Part shown: in pieces, positions 51,949 to 60,405 of the stretch | Numbering within the stretch: position 1 is the stretch's first letter | Layout of the letters: each line of letters starts with the position of its first letter | NCBI GenBank assembly: GCA_011322625.1 | Contig: DRMH01000020.1 | Location: 5,104 to 69,103 of the forward strand | Length of the DNA stretch: 64,000 nt | Origin: Thermosulfurimonas dismutans | GTDB taxonomy: Bacteria > Desulfobacterota > Thermodesulfobacteria > Thermodesulfobacteriales > Thermodesulfobacteriaceae | Direction: 5' to 3' | Made by a program: the position numbers and the translations under genes | Notes under the pieces: generated by a model | The model's input: only the letters and a program-made list of their open reading frames with translations | Databases searched by the model: none | Told to the model about the DNA's origin: nothing

Positions 51949-52507
51949 CCCCCCGTTTGAGGATGATGTTCTGTTCCAGGTGCTGGCCGTGGATCACCTG
52001 GTCGTAGTTGAAGGGGATCTTGATGATCCGATCCCCCTGGCGGCGGAGAATGAGGATCTTCTTGGAGGAGGCGAAAGGGGTGAGGCCTCCGGCCATGGCC
52101 AGAATCTGCATCACGTCGGTGTTGAGCTCGATGGGATATGCCCCCGGACGGTTCACCTTTCCGATGACATAGGCCTTGAGGCTGTTGACCTGCACCAGCA
52201 TCACCGTAACCGTGGGATTCTGGATGTATTCGCTCAGACGCTTTTGAAGCACCCTCCTGAGATCGGCCACGGTAAGCCCGCTTACCTTTATGTCCCCGGC
52301 GAAGGGATAGGAGATGACCCCATCCGGAGGGATCACCACCTTCCGGTTCAGGCGCTCATCCTGCCACACCGTGATCTCCAGCACGTCTCCCGGACCGAGA
52401 CGGTAGAAGGGCACCTCCTGCGCCCGCACCCGGGAGACCATCCCCAGCCAGAAAACCAACCCGCACAATAGGGCCGCCCGTACCCGCATTCCTGCCCCCT
52501 CCCTCAA
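51929..52507 (-). CDS. polysaccharide export protein (short Wza-like, Poly_export + SLBB)
   Basis: YRLGPGDVLEITVW ... PPDGVISYPFAGDIKVSGLT ... VMLVQVNS ... GKVNRPGAYP. Length is 192 aa. Confidence 0.88.
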   Translation of the reverse strand: MREGAGMRVRAALLCGLVFWLGMVSRVRAQEVPFYRLGPGDVLEITVWQDERLNRKVVIPPDGVISYPFAGDIKVSGLTVADLRRVLQKRLSEYIQNPTVTVMLVQVNSLKAYVIGKVNRPGAYPIELNTDVMQILAMAGGLTPFASSKKILILRRQGDRIIKIPFNYDQVIHGQHLEQNIILKRGDVVVVP

Positions 52508-54588
52508 GGGTTTTTCTCCAGTTCCGCCAGGAGTCTCCGGGCCTCCTCGCGGCCGGCAAACTCCCGCCCCTTCTCCAGGGCCAGCCGGAGATAAACCAGG
52601 GCCCTGGACCTTTCTCCCAGCTGATAATACACCGCCCCCAGATGATAGGAAACCACCGGATAATCCCTGACCTTATCTCCCAATTTCTCGAGCAGGGCCC
52701 TGGCCCCGGTGTAATCCCCTTTACGATACTTGATCCAGGCCAGGGTATCAACCAGCTCCGTCCGCCGGGGATATTTCCGGACCCAGGGGAGGAGAAGTCG
52801 CTCCGCCTCGGCCAGGTTCCGGGGAGTGGGTTGATACTGGGCCAGGTAAAAGGCCAGATTGTTGGCCGCCACCAGATTCCGGGGATTCTTCTCTAAAACG
52901 CGCCGGTAAAGGGCTATGGCCCGGGCATAGTCCCCGGTCTCCCCGTAGAGCTGGGCCAGCAGGAGCAAATAAAAGGGACGGGGGTCGCGGAGACTGAGTT
53001 TCCGGCAGTAGGCGATCATCTCCCGGGTCAGCCCGGCTTTCCGGACTATGCGGGCGAGAACCGTAAGCACCAGGGGATGCCGGGGATTAAGGGCCAGGGT
53101 CTTCTCCAGCAGCCGCCGGGCCGCGGCTCGGTCCTTTTCCTGCAGGTAGAGGTCCACCAGCTTCTCCACCACGATCAGATCGCCGGGATCCTTCTTCCAC
53201 CTCTCCTCAAGCAGGGCCCGGGCCTTCCCCGGATTCCCCTCCTGCACATAGACCTCGGCCAGGCCCAGATAGGCCTCCCGGTTTTCGGGAGACACCTCCA
53301 GAACACGCCGGTACATGTCCTCGGCCAGATCCGGCTCGCGATTAAGGAGATGGGCCCGGGCCAGCCGGAGCATGATCCCCGGGTTCTGGGGCTCCTCCCC
53401 CAGAGCCGCCCGGTATTCGCCGATGGCTCCGGTATAATCCCCGCGCCGGAAAAGGATGTCTCCCTTGAGAAGATGGGCCGAGACCAGATGCGGACTGTCC
53501 TCAAGGACCCCGTCCACCTCCCTTAAGGCCTCCCGAAGACGCCCCTCCCTCCAGAGGAGGGTGGCCTTAAGGAGCCTGGCCCGGATCTTGAGGGAGTCCT
53601 TGTCCACCCGCGAGATATAGGCCTCGAGCAGACGATAGGCCTCCCCCCGGCTCCCCCGCTCAAAGGAGTAGAGAACCAGCCGCTCGAGCAGAGGGAAACT
53701 TTGAGGAAACCGGCGGCATCCCTCCTCCAGGGTCTTCTTTACCTGCCCTTCCTCCCCGGCCAGGGCATAGACCTGAGCCAGGAGCAGATAAGCCCTCTCG
53801 CCCCCCGCGCCCCGGGCCAGACCGTCCCGGAGGACCCGGATGGCCCGGGTAAGATCCCTCCTTCTCTGGTAAAAACGCACCAGCCCCTCCAGATACTGGA
53901 AATCATCGGGATGGGCCTCATAAAGCGAGCGGTAGAGCGCTTCGGCCTGGGAATATTTCCCCTCCCCCTCCAGGATGCGGGCCAGAAGAAGGGTGGCCCG
54001 GGGTTGGCCGGGGCGGAACTCAAGGACCCGGCGCAGCACCCTTTCAGCCTCGGATTTCCGGCCGGTCCGAAGATTCAGGTCCGCAAGCATCAGACAGGCC
54101 GAAACCTCCCGCTCCCCGCAGAGGGCCTCAAGAAGGGGCCGGGCCCGGTCGTATTTTCGCAGACCCAGAAGGGCCGCGGCCTTGAGTAACTTCGCCTCGG
54201 ACCGAGCGGGATCTTTGGAAAGGACATATTCCGCCTCCGCGAGGGCCTTATCGGGTTTGCGCACCAGGAGAAAGATCCGGCCCAGGAGGATACGGGCCGG
54301 AAGGAGATCCGGGGAGATCTCCACCGCCCTTACCAGAGCCCCGTAGGCCCGGGGAATCCGCCCCTCCTTAAAATAGACCACCCCCAGCCCGTAATAGGCC
54401 GGGGCCAGACGCGGGTCTATCTGCAGGGCCCTTCGAAAGTTGACCTCGGCCCGACGGTAATCCCCCTGTTTCAGGGCCTCCTCACCCCGCCGGAGATAGC
54501 GTTTTTTCTTCTGGGCCGGATTCCCCCCGCAGGAAGCCAGAATAAACACCATGAGAAACAGACAACCCAGTCTCCTCGCCGCCCTCAT
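52504..54588 (-). CDS. TPR-repeat lipoprotein (PrsT-like, PEP-CTERM system)
   Basis: Lipobox ILASCGG, followed by about 15 TPR units across 694 aa. ATGA overlaps on both sides. Confidence 0.8.
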   Translation of the reverse strand: MRAARRLGCLFLMVFILASCGGNPAQKKKRYLRRGEEALKQGDYRRAEVNFRRALQIDPRLAPAYYGLGVVYFKEGRIPRAYGALVRAVEISPDLLPARILLGRIFLLVRKPDKALAEAEYVLSKDPARSEAKLLKAAALLGLRKYDRARPLLEALCGEREVSACLMLADLNLRTGRKSEAERVLRRVLEFRPGQPRATLLLARILEGEGKYSQAEALYRSLYEAHPDDFQYLEGLVRFYQRRRDLTRAIRVLRDGLARGAGGERAYLLLAQVYALAGEEGQVKKTLEEGCRRFPQSFPLLERLVLYSFERGSRGEAYRLLEAYISRVDKDSLKIRARLLKATLLWREGRLREALREVDGVLEDSPHLVSAHLLKGDILFRRGDYTGAIGEYRAALGEEPQNPGIMLRLARAHLLNREPDLAEDMYRRVLEVSPENREAYLGLAEVYVQEGNPGKARALLEERWKKDPGDLIVVEKLVDLYLQEKDRAAARRLLEKTLALNPRHPLVLTVLARIVRKAGLTREMIAYCRKLSLRDPRPFYLLLLAQLYGETGDYARAIALYRRVLEKNPRNLVAANNLAFYLAQYQPTPRNLAEAERLLLPWVRKYPRRTELVDTLAWIKYRKGDYTGARALLEKLGDKVRDYPVVSYHLGAVYYQLGERSRALVYLRLALEKGREFAGREEARRLLAELEKNP

Positions 54589-55988
54589 AAGGCCCCCTTC
54601 CGCGAAAGGACCACCACGATGGTCTTGAGGATGATCTTTATGTCGTCCAGAAAACGCCAGTTCTCGATATATTTGCAGTCGAGTTCCACCACCTTATCGA
54701 AATCCGTGATCTTGTTCCGGCCCGAGATCTGCCAGAGCCCGGTAATGCCCGGCTTGATGGCGATACGCCGCCAGTGCCAGAGGTCGTATTTCTCCACCTC
54801 CTCCGGGGTGGGAGGTCGTGTTCCCACCAGACTCATCTCTCCCTTGAGCACGTTCCAGAACTGCGGAAACTCGTCCAGGGAGGTGCGGCGCAGGAACCGG
54901 CCCACCCGGGTGATGCGGGGATCGTCTTCCACCTTGAACATGGGCCCCTTCATGATGTTCTTCTTCATCAATTCCTTCTTTCTTTCCTCGGCATCCACAT
55001 ACATGGTGCGGAATTTATAGAGGGTAAAGACCCGTCCGTGCTGCCCCACCCGTTTCTGTTTGAAGAGCACCGGCCCCGGGGAATCGAGCTTGATGGCCAG
55101 GGCCACAAAGGGATACATGAGAAGGAAGAGGGCGGTTCCCACCAGTCCTCCGGCGATGTCCAGGATGCGTTTGTAGAGAAGCCCGGTGGCGTTAAACGGC
55201 GTGGTGCGCAGGACCAGAAAGGGGATTTCCTGCACCATCTCCGCGTGCAACCGGGCCCCCTCCGGGGACCAGAAGGCCGGAAGGATACGCACATCCACCC
55301 CCATCCTCCGGCAGAGATCCACATAATGGGGAATGTTGATGGATTTCTGGCCCTTTACCGCAAAGACCACCTCGTCCACCGGAAAGCGTCGCAGGATCCG
55401 GGGAAGATCCTCCAGGGTTCCCAATACCTCGGAGGACCCGGCGTCCTTTTCCTCCACCACAAGCCGACCCAGGAGTTTGTGCCCCCAGCTCAACTGCCGG
55501 CGCAGGGCCTCGGCCACGATTTGCCCCCGCTCCCGGTCCCCCACCAGGAGGAGCTGGCGGGCATGGAACCTCTTTCCGGCAAAGTGCCGGCAGTATCCGA
55601 TCACCAGCACCCGATTCAGGCTCACCAGCACGAAACTCAGGGTCAGAAAGGTGAAAAAGAAGAGCCGGGAATAGCCGGTCTTCTTGAAGGCGAAGATGAA
55701 GGCCCCCAGCACCAGAAAATCCAGGACCAGGGCCTTGAACACCGCCCAGAGATGGGGGAGCACCCGGGAAGGGAGGCCCTCGTTGTAAAGCCCGATCCGA
55801 CCCATGACGTAGTTATTCACCAGGACCACCAGGAGGATGGAATAAAGAAGAAGCTCCCCGGGCATGTGCCAGCGCCCGCCGTAAAGGGATCGGCGCAGGA
55901 GGAAGGCCAGGTATCCGGCCAGTGCGATGCTCAGGGCGTCAAGGAGCATCAACAGGTTATAAATCAAACGAACCTGCTGCTGAAACAT
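54585..55988 (-). CDS. polyprenyl glycosylphosphotransferase (WbaP/EpsB-type priming sugar transferase)
   Basis: N-terminal TM block and a C-terminal bacterial sugar transferase domain, KRILDIAGG ... KQKRVG..G..F.LYKFRTM ... DPRITRVGRFLRRTSLDEFPQFWNVLKGEMSLVGTRP. ATG 55988 lies after the exosortase stop, whereas the track start 56027 overlaps that gene. Confidence 0.9.
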   Translation of the reverse strand: MFQQQVRLIYNLLMLLDALSIALAGYLAFLLRRSLYGGRWHMPGELLLYSILLVVLVNNYVMGRIGLYNEGLPSRVLPHLWAVFKALVLDFLVLGAFIFAFKKTGYSRLFFFTFLTLSFVLVSLNRVLVIGYCRHFAGKRFHARQLLLVGDRERGQIVAEALRRQLSWGHKLLGRLVVEEKDAGSSEVLGTLEDLPRILRRFPVDEVVFAVKGQKSINIPHYVDLCRRMGVDVRILPAFWSPEGARLHAEMVQEIPFLVLRTTPFNATGLLYKRILDIAGGLVGTALFLLMYPFVALAIKLDSPGPVLFKQKRVGQHGRVFTLYKFRTMYVDAEERKKELMKKNIMKGPMFKVEDDPRITRVGRFLRRTSLDEFPQFWNVLKGEMSLVGTRPPTPEEVEKYDLWHWRRIAIKPGITGLWQISGRNKITDFDKVVELDCKYIENWRFLDDIKIILKTIVVVLSRKGAL

Positions 55989-55993
55989 GGTTC

Positions 55994-57553
55994 CTACCCC
56001 GGGATAAATCTCCGGAGATGCGGCCACAGGGCCCGCAGAAACTCCCGCAGGGCCCGCTCCGCTTCCCGCCGGTTAAGCCCCGGAGGACAGAACATCTCCA
56101 CCCTCACCAGCGCCCCGTCGGTCCTCCGGCGAAGGACCGCATCACGCAGAAGATAAAACTTGTGTTTCCAGGGATTCACCAGGACCCTCCCCCTCTCCAT
56201 GAAGAAATAGGTGGCCAGGAGGCGCTGCCCCCCCTTCCTCAGCCAGAGGTATTTTACTTGAATAGCCCTTTTCCCGGAAACGTCAAGTTCCCAGATTCCG
56301 GTCCGCACGATATCCCACCCCCCTCCCAGGAGACAGCTCTGGGGGGTGTGGATGGTGTGCCAGGTGGTCTGATAGGAATAATAGGGGATGAGGAGAAAGA
56401 TGGTGCCGGGAAAATCTTTCCGGCGATAAATACCGTAAAAGTAATCGTCGGCCCAGAGGGATTTAAGGACCCGGGGGGAAAGCCGCCGCGGTTCCCCGTG
56501 CCACCCCCCTATCTCCAGAGGGAAATAGAGAAGCGGCCGCGGGGTGAGCCGGGCGGAAAGTTCGGGGACCATACGAAAGCCCCAGCCTCCCGCAAGGAGG
56601 AGGGCCCCGAAGATCACCGCCGGCCAGAGGGAGGCCCCGTCGGCGGAAACCCGGTCTTCTCTCGGGGAGGAGGAAGCCTCCGCGGAGGGCGAGAGCCGGT
56701 TTTCCAGAAAGCGCAGGATCATCAGGGAGAGGAGAAAGAGCCCCAGGGATAGGACGAAGACCAGCCAGCCCAGGAGGGAATGATAGGGCTCCTCGAGCAC
56801 CCCGGAATGCCCCCGCGCCACCAGGACCCCGGTAAGAAAGACCCGCAGGGCGTTGGAAAGGACCGCCACCGGGGCCACCAGGAGCACCATGATCAGCCGG
56901 GCCCACAGGGAACGCAACCCGTAATAGGAAACCAGAAGGGCGATGAGGATAAGGGGCATGAAATAACGCAGCCCGCTGCAGGCCTCGGCGATCTGAAGAC
57001 ACGCTCCTCCCACATGAAGGAGGTTCCCCTCCCGCAGGACACCCAGCCCCACCGCATTGAGCAGCAGGGCCGACAGCCGGGAGGTTAAGAGCTGGAGCTT
57101 AAAGGTTAGGATCCTGCGGACGAAGGGAGGGAGCGGGGCCATGAAAAGCAGGATCAAAAAGGGAAACCGGAGCGCCCGGACCCTTTTTCCGTAAAGAAGG
57201 AGGGCCAGGGAAAGGATGGCGGCCCAGAAACCGAGATAAAGCAGGAAATCCACCGCGGAAAAGAGGCCGGCATAGGCCAGAAGAAAGGAGAAGATGAGGG
57301 CCGGAAGCCCCAGGGGATGAAACCCCATCTCCCGGAACCGGAACTCCGAACGTTTTTCCCAGCAGAGATAGGCGAAGATAAGGGGAACGAGGTAACAGTA
57401 GCTGTTGTCCCCCAGGCGCCAGACCTTAAAGAACCGGGAAAGAAGGGGGAAATAGGCCCACAGAATAAGCCCGGCGAGAAAGACAAGCCCCGCCGTCCTG
57501 CCCCCGGGGATAAAAAAGGGGGCCCTAAGGCCCCCCGGACCGCCCCTTTTCAA
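55994..57553 (-). CDS. exosortase (XrtA-like) fused to an EpsI-family C-terminal domain
   Basis: Polytopic N-terminal ~290 aa with AEACSGLRY (catalytic Cys), NALRV (Arg) and HSLLGW (His). After a last TM helix comes a ~200-aa periplasmic EpsI-like domain (YFPLEIGGW.G ... LLIPYYSYQ ... HTPQSCL). Confidence 0.88.
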   Translation of the reverse strand: MKRGGPGGLRAPFFIPGGRTAGLVFLAGLILWAYFPLLSRFFKVWRLGDNSYCYLVPLIFAYLCWEKRSEFRFREMGFHPLGLPALIFSFLLAYAGLFSAVDFLLYLGFWAAILSLALLLYGKRVRALRFPFLILLFMAPLPPFVRRILTFKLQLLTSRLSALLLNAVGLGVLREGNLLHVGGACLQIAEACSGLRYFMPLILIALLVSYYGLRSLWARLIMVLLVAPVAVLSNALRVFLTGVLVARGHSGVLEEPYHSLLGWLVFVLSLGLFLLSLMILRFLENRLSPSAEASSSPREDRVSADGASLWPAVIFGALLLAGGWGFRMVPELSARLTPRPLLYFPLEIGGWHGEPRRLSPRVLKSLWADDYFYGIYRRKDFPGTIFLLIPYYSYQTTWHTIHTPQSCLLGGGWDIVRTGIWELDVSGKRAIQVKYLWLRKGGQRLLATYFFMERGRVLVNPWKHKFYLLRDAVLRRRTDGALVRVEMFCPPGLNRREAERALREFLRALWPHLRRFIPG

Positions 57554-57563
57554 GACCGGCTCC

Positions 57564-58472
57564 CTAGGTTTTGAAATAACGCCTCAGCCCCGCCAGACCG
57601 AGGAGACCGGGAAGGAAAAGGACCCCCGCCGGCGGAAGAGGCACCACACTGAGGTGCATCCCGGCGTTCACGCTTACGGAATCCCCCTGATAGGCCGTCC
57701 CGGAGATAGAGAGATTCGCACTAAGACGATACCACCCCGGCTTAAGGAAATACTCATAGGCGTAGGAATACTCGCCGTCACCGCTTATCCCCTGAGGTCT
57801 AATTTGGTTCCCAACATAGGCTATCTGCCTTACATAATTGTCCGGCTCCCCATTATTGTCGGCATCCTCATACTGGTAGAGATAAAAACTCCAGGTTATA
57901 TTAATACGATTAGCATAATTGTAATTCGAGCCAAAATCCGAGCCGCTATAGTTCGCAAACTCGACCACCCGCAGGGTGAGAGGCTTATCCAGATAAAAAT
58001 ACCCATCCTGCTGGGGATTAGCGTAGAAAGAGGCCCAGTCGTTAGCGCTTACATAAATGTTGGTTGAGGCATACCCCGAGGCGGAAAGGCCGCTCACCCC
58101 GCCCTCATTAAGAAAACTCCTGGACCGAGACGAGGCAGTCCATCTCTGCGTTACCCCCGGGGCCAGATCATGGGTGTAGGAGTCCGAGACCTGAACCTCT
58201 GCCGGAGGATTGTGCTGGTAAGCCCCCCGCGCCGTATCCGCATTATCAACTTGAGAAATTCCCGAGGGCCCAAAAACATGCTTGGCCTCTCCATTACTGT
58301 AACCATCTACCTTTGCGTACGCATAAAAGTGGGCGTAATGCCAGGGATAGCTTTCGTCCCAGTAATAGGGTATGGGCGAGGCCCACACCCCTCCCGCAAG
58401 CCCCAGACACCCCGCCACCAAAACCAGAACCCAGAAAAACCCCATCTTCTTTTTCCTTCCTGCCTTCATCAT
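57564..58472 (-). CDS. PEP-CTERM protein, Tyr/Asn/Ser-rich, no recognisable domain, cargo 5
   Basis: Signal peptide and C-terminal VVPLPPAGVLFLPGLLGLAGLRRYFKT. It lies directly upstream of the exosortase gene. Confidence 0.8.
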   Translation of the reverse strand: MMKAGRKKKMGFFWVLVLVAGCLGLAGGVWASPIPYYWDESYPWHYAHFYAYAKVDGYSNGEAKHVFGPSGISQVDNADTARGAYQHNPPAEVQVSDSYTHDLAPGVTQRWTASSRSRSFLNEGGVSGLSASGYASTNIYVSANDWASFYANPQQDGYFYLDKPLTLRVVEFANYSGSDFGSNYNYANRINITWSFYLYQYEDADNNGEPDNYVRQIAYVGNQIRPQGISGDGEYSYAYEYFLKPGWYRLSANLSISGTAYQGDSVSVNAGMHLSVVPLPPAGVLFLPGLLGLAGLRRYFKT

Positions 58473-58505
58473 CCTTACCCCCCTCGAAAGATTTTCCTTT
58501 TAATT

Positions 58506-58534
58506 TTTTATAAAAGAATAAAGGACTTTGTCAA
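58506..58534 (-). promoter_or_regulatory. sigma70-like promoter for cargo 5/exosortase operon (TTGACA-N17-ATAAAA)
   Basis: On the minus strand, TTGACA lies at 58534-58529 and ATAAAA at 58511-58506. SD GAGGGGGG lies before ATG 58472. Confidence 0.4.
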
Positions 58535-58602
58535 GTTGGGATGAAGAGCTATACAATAAAAATTGGATCAATCGGCCAAAAAGTGGACATAAACTCGGCT
58601 AT

Positions 58603-59748
58603 TTAATTCCCGCAGGGATTAACCGGGGCTTCCTCTCCGAGATGGGCCAGGACCTCCCGGACCAGTTCCGGAAGGGGGGTTTCGGCGGAAAGGCTCAGGT
58701 GTCGAAAACGGGGCAGGATCCGAAGATAGGTCTCCCTCACCGCCCGAAGCATGGTCTCGGTCTCGTAAAGCTCCCGTTTTTCGGCCCGGCCCTTCACCCG
58801 ATCGAGGGCCCTTTCCACCGGGAGATCCAGGTATATCACCAGGTCCGGAACCGGGGCCACGGTCTCGTTCCTTCGGCGGAGTTCCTCCGGGTCCAGCCCC
58901 TGACTCCCCTGATAGGCCAGGGTGGAGGGATAGTAGCGATCGCAGAGGACGATTTTGCCCTGAAGAAGGGCCGGAATGATCACCCTCTCGGCGTGTTCCC
59001 TGCGATCCCTCAGAAACAGCTCCGCAAAGGCCTGGGGAGAAAGGGGGGTCCTGCGGGCCAGGTGCTCGCGGATCTTCTTCCCCCATTCCCCCTCCGTGGG
59101 CTCCCGGGTGAGGAGCACCGGCCGGCCGACTTCCTTTAACCTTTGCCCCACCTCCCGTAACAGGGTGCTCTTTCCGGAGCCGTCCAGCCCCTCAAAGACG
59201 ATAAGACGCCCCGGGCGGTTGAATTCCACCAGGATTCTGGAGACCAGAAAATCCCGGTTGTCCGGAGTAACCTCGCAAAAGATAGGGCCTTCCAGCCTGA
59301 GAACCTCCTCCAGGAAGGGGACCTTACCGTACCCCACCGAAGCCAGAAGGGGCTCCGGCCCGGACAGAAGCTCCCGGATACGTTGACGGAAGGCCTCGGA
59401 AAAGATCTCCATCTTGCCGATCTCATCCACCACGAAGATCACCGGCCCCGGGGCCGAGGGATCCGGCTTAAGAGAGGAAAGGGCCAGTTTCTCAAAGGCT
59501 TCCAGGAAGACCCGGTACTTACCCAGCTGGGGCCAGCCCCGTCCCTTCTTCGCCAGCCAGGCCTCCCGGCCGTCCAGGGTGTAAATCTTAAAACCTATCC
59601 GCCGCCCCCCCTCCCGGACCTCCCGGGTGACAAAACCCCTTTTGACCCCGGGAAGTTTCTGCACGATCCGCTCAATAAGGGTGGTCTTCCCTGTCCCCGG
59701 AAGACCGTGCACCAGAACCTTTTTGCGTCCGTGGTCCGGGATCCTCAT
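58603..59748 (-). CDS. fusion protein: THEP1-type nucleoside-triphosphatase (N-terminal) + thymidylate kinase (C-terminal)
   Basis: N-terminal half: VLVHGLPGTGKTTL ... GFVTREVREGGRRIGFKI ... VVDEIGKMEIFS (PF03266-like). C-terminal half: IVFEGLDGSGKST ... TREPT ... DRY..S..AYQG (dTMP kinase). Confidence 0.85.
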   Translation of the reverse strand: MRIPDHGRKKVLVHGLPGTGKTTLIERIVQKLPGVKRGFVTREVREGGRRIGFKIYTLDGREAWLAKKGRGWPQLGKYRVFLEAFEKLALSSLKPDPSAPGPVIFVVDEIGKMEIFSEAFRQRIRELLSGPEPLLASVGYGKVPFLEEVLRLEGPIFCEVTPDNRDFLVSRILVEFNRPGRLIVFEGLDGSGKSTLLREVGQRLKEVGRPVLLTREPTEGEWGKKIREHLARRTPLSPQAFAELFLRDRREHAERVIIPALLQGKIVLCDRYYPSTLAYQGSQGLDPEELRRRNETVAPVPDLVIYLDLPVERALDRVKGRAEKRELYETETMLRAVRETYLRILPRFRHLSLSAETPLPELVREVLAHLGEEAPVNPCGN

Positions 59749-60365
59749 TTTGGGGATTTCTTCCTCAGGGGGCGGGTGCTCAGAAGGACATAGGTAGCCC
59801 CCGGCCCCCCGTCACAGGGCCGCGCGCTGGCATAAGCCAGAACATGACGTCGATAGGGCCCTCGTTCCAGCCAGAACCTTACCCTCTCCTTTAACACCGG
59901 TTTGCCCGGGGAGGAAAGCCCCCGCCCGTGAACAATGAGCACACAGCGATCCCCGCGGAAGATACACTCCCGAAAAAATTCCCGCAGGGCCTCCTCCGCC
60001 TCCGCCACGGTGAGACCGTGAAGATCCAGAACCCGACTGTAGGCAATCCGCCCCTCCCGCAACCTTCGCATAAGCTCCGAAGTAACCCCCGGAGCCCGAC
60101 CCTCCATGTATTCCGAGGTCTGCCAGACCCTGACCCGCAGGGGCTCCGGAGGCCAGTTTCGCTCCTCCCCCGTCGGACGGGGAGAGCGGGGAACAGGCCT
60201 CCAGAAGAACTTCTCCCTGTCGCGCAGGGGGCGCACCTTCCGGAAAAACTCCTCCGGATCCTCCTCGCACACAGGCCGTTCCGGACCGGGAGGCAGGGCC
60301 TCCCGGGCTAGCTTCTCCCGCAGGATCTCGAAGGGTCGAAACCCCATCTCCTCTCCCCTCAACAC
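59745..60365 (-). CDS. Smr-domain protein
   Basis: LDLHGLTVAEAEEAL ... VLIVHGRGLSS ... LKERVRFWL. ATGA overlap with the downstream gene. Confidence 0.85.
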   Translation of the reverse strand: MLRGEEMGFRPFEILREKLAREALPPGPERPVCEEDPEEFFRKVRPLRDREKFFWRPVPRSPRPTGEERNWPPEPLRVRVWQTSEYMEGRAPGVTSELMRRLREGRIAYSRVLDLHGLTVAEAEEALREFFRECIFRGDRCVLIVHGRGLSSPGKPVLKERVRFWLERGPYRRHVLAYASARPCDGGPGATYVLLSTRPLRKKSPK

Positions 60366-60405
60366 AGCCCTCTTCGGAGCCTCACCGTGGAGGCCCTCTC
60401 CGACC

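Noticed and set aside
58603-58630. Imperfect hairpin TTAATCCC-TGC-GGGAATTAA at the end of the THEP1-tmk gene, considered as a terminator.
   Set aside because: The stem has a bulge, overlaps the stop codon, and is not followed by a T-tract on the transcribed strand.
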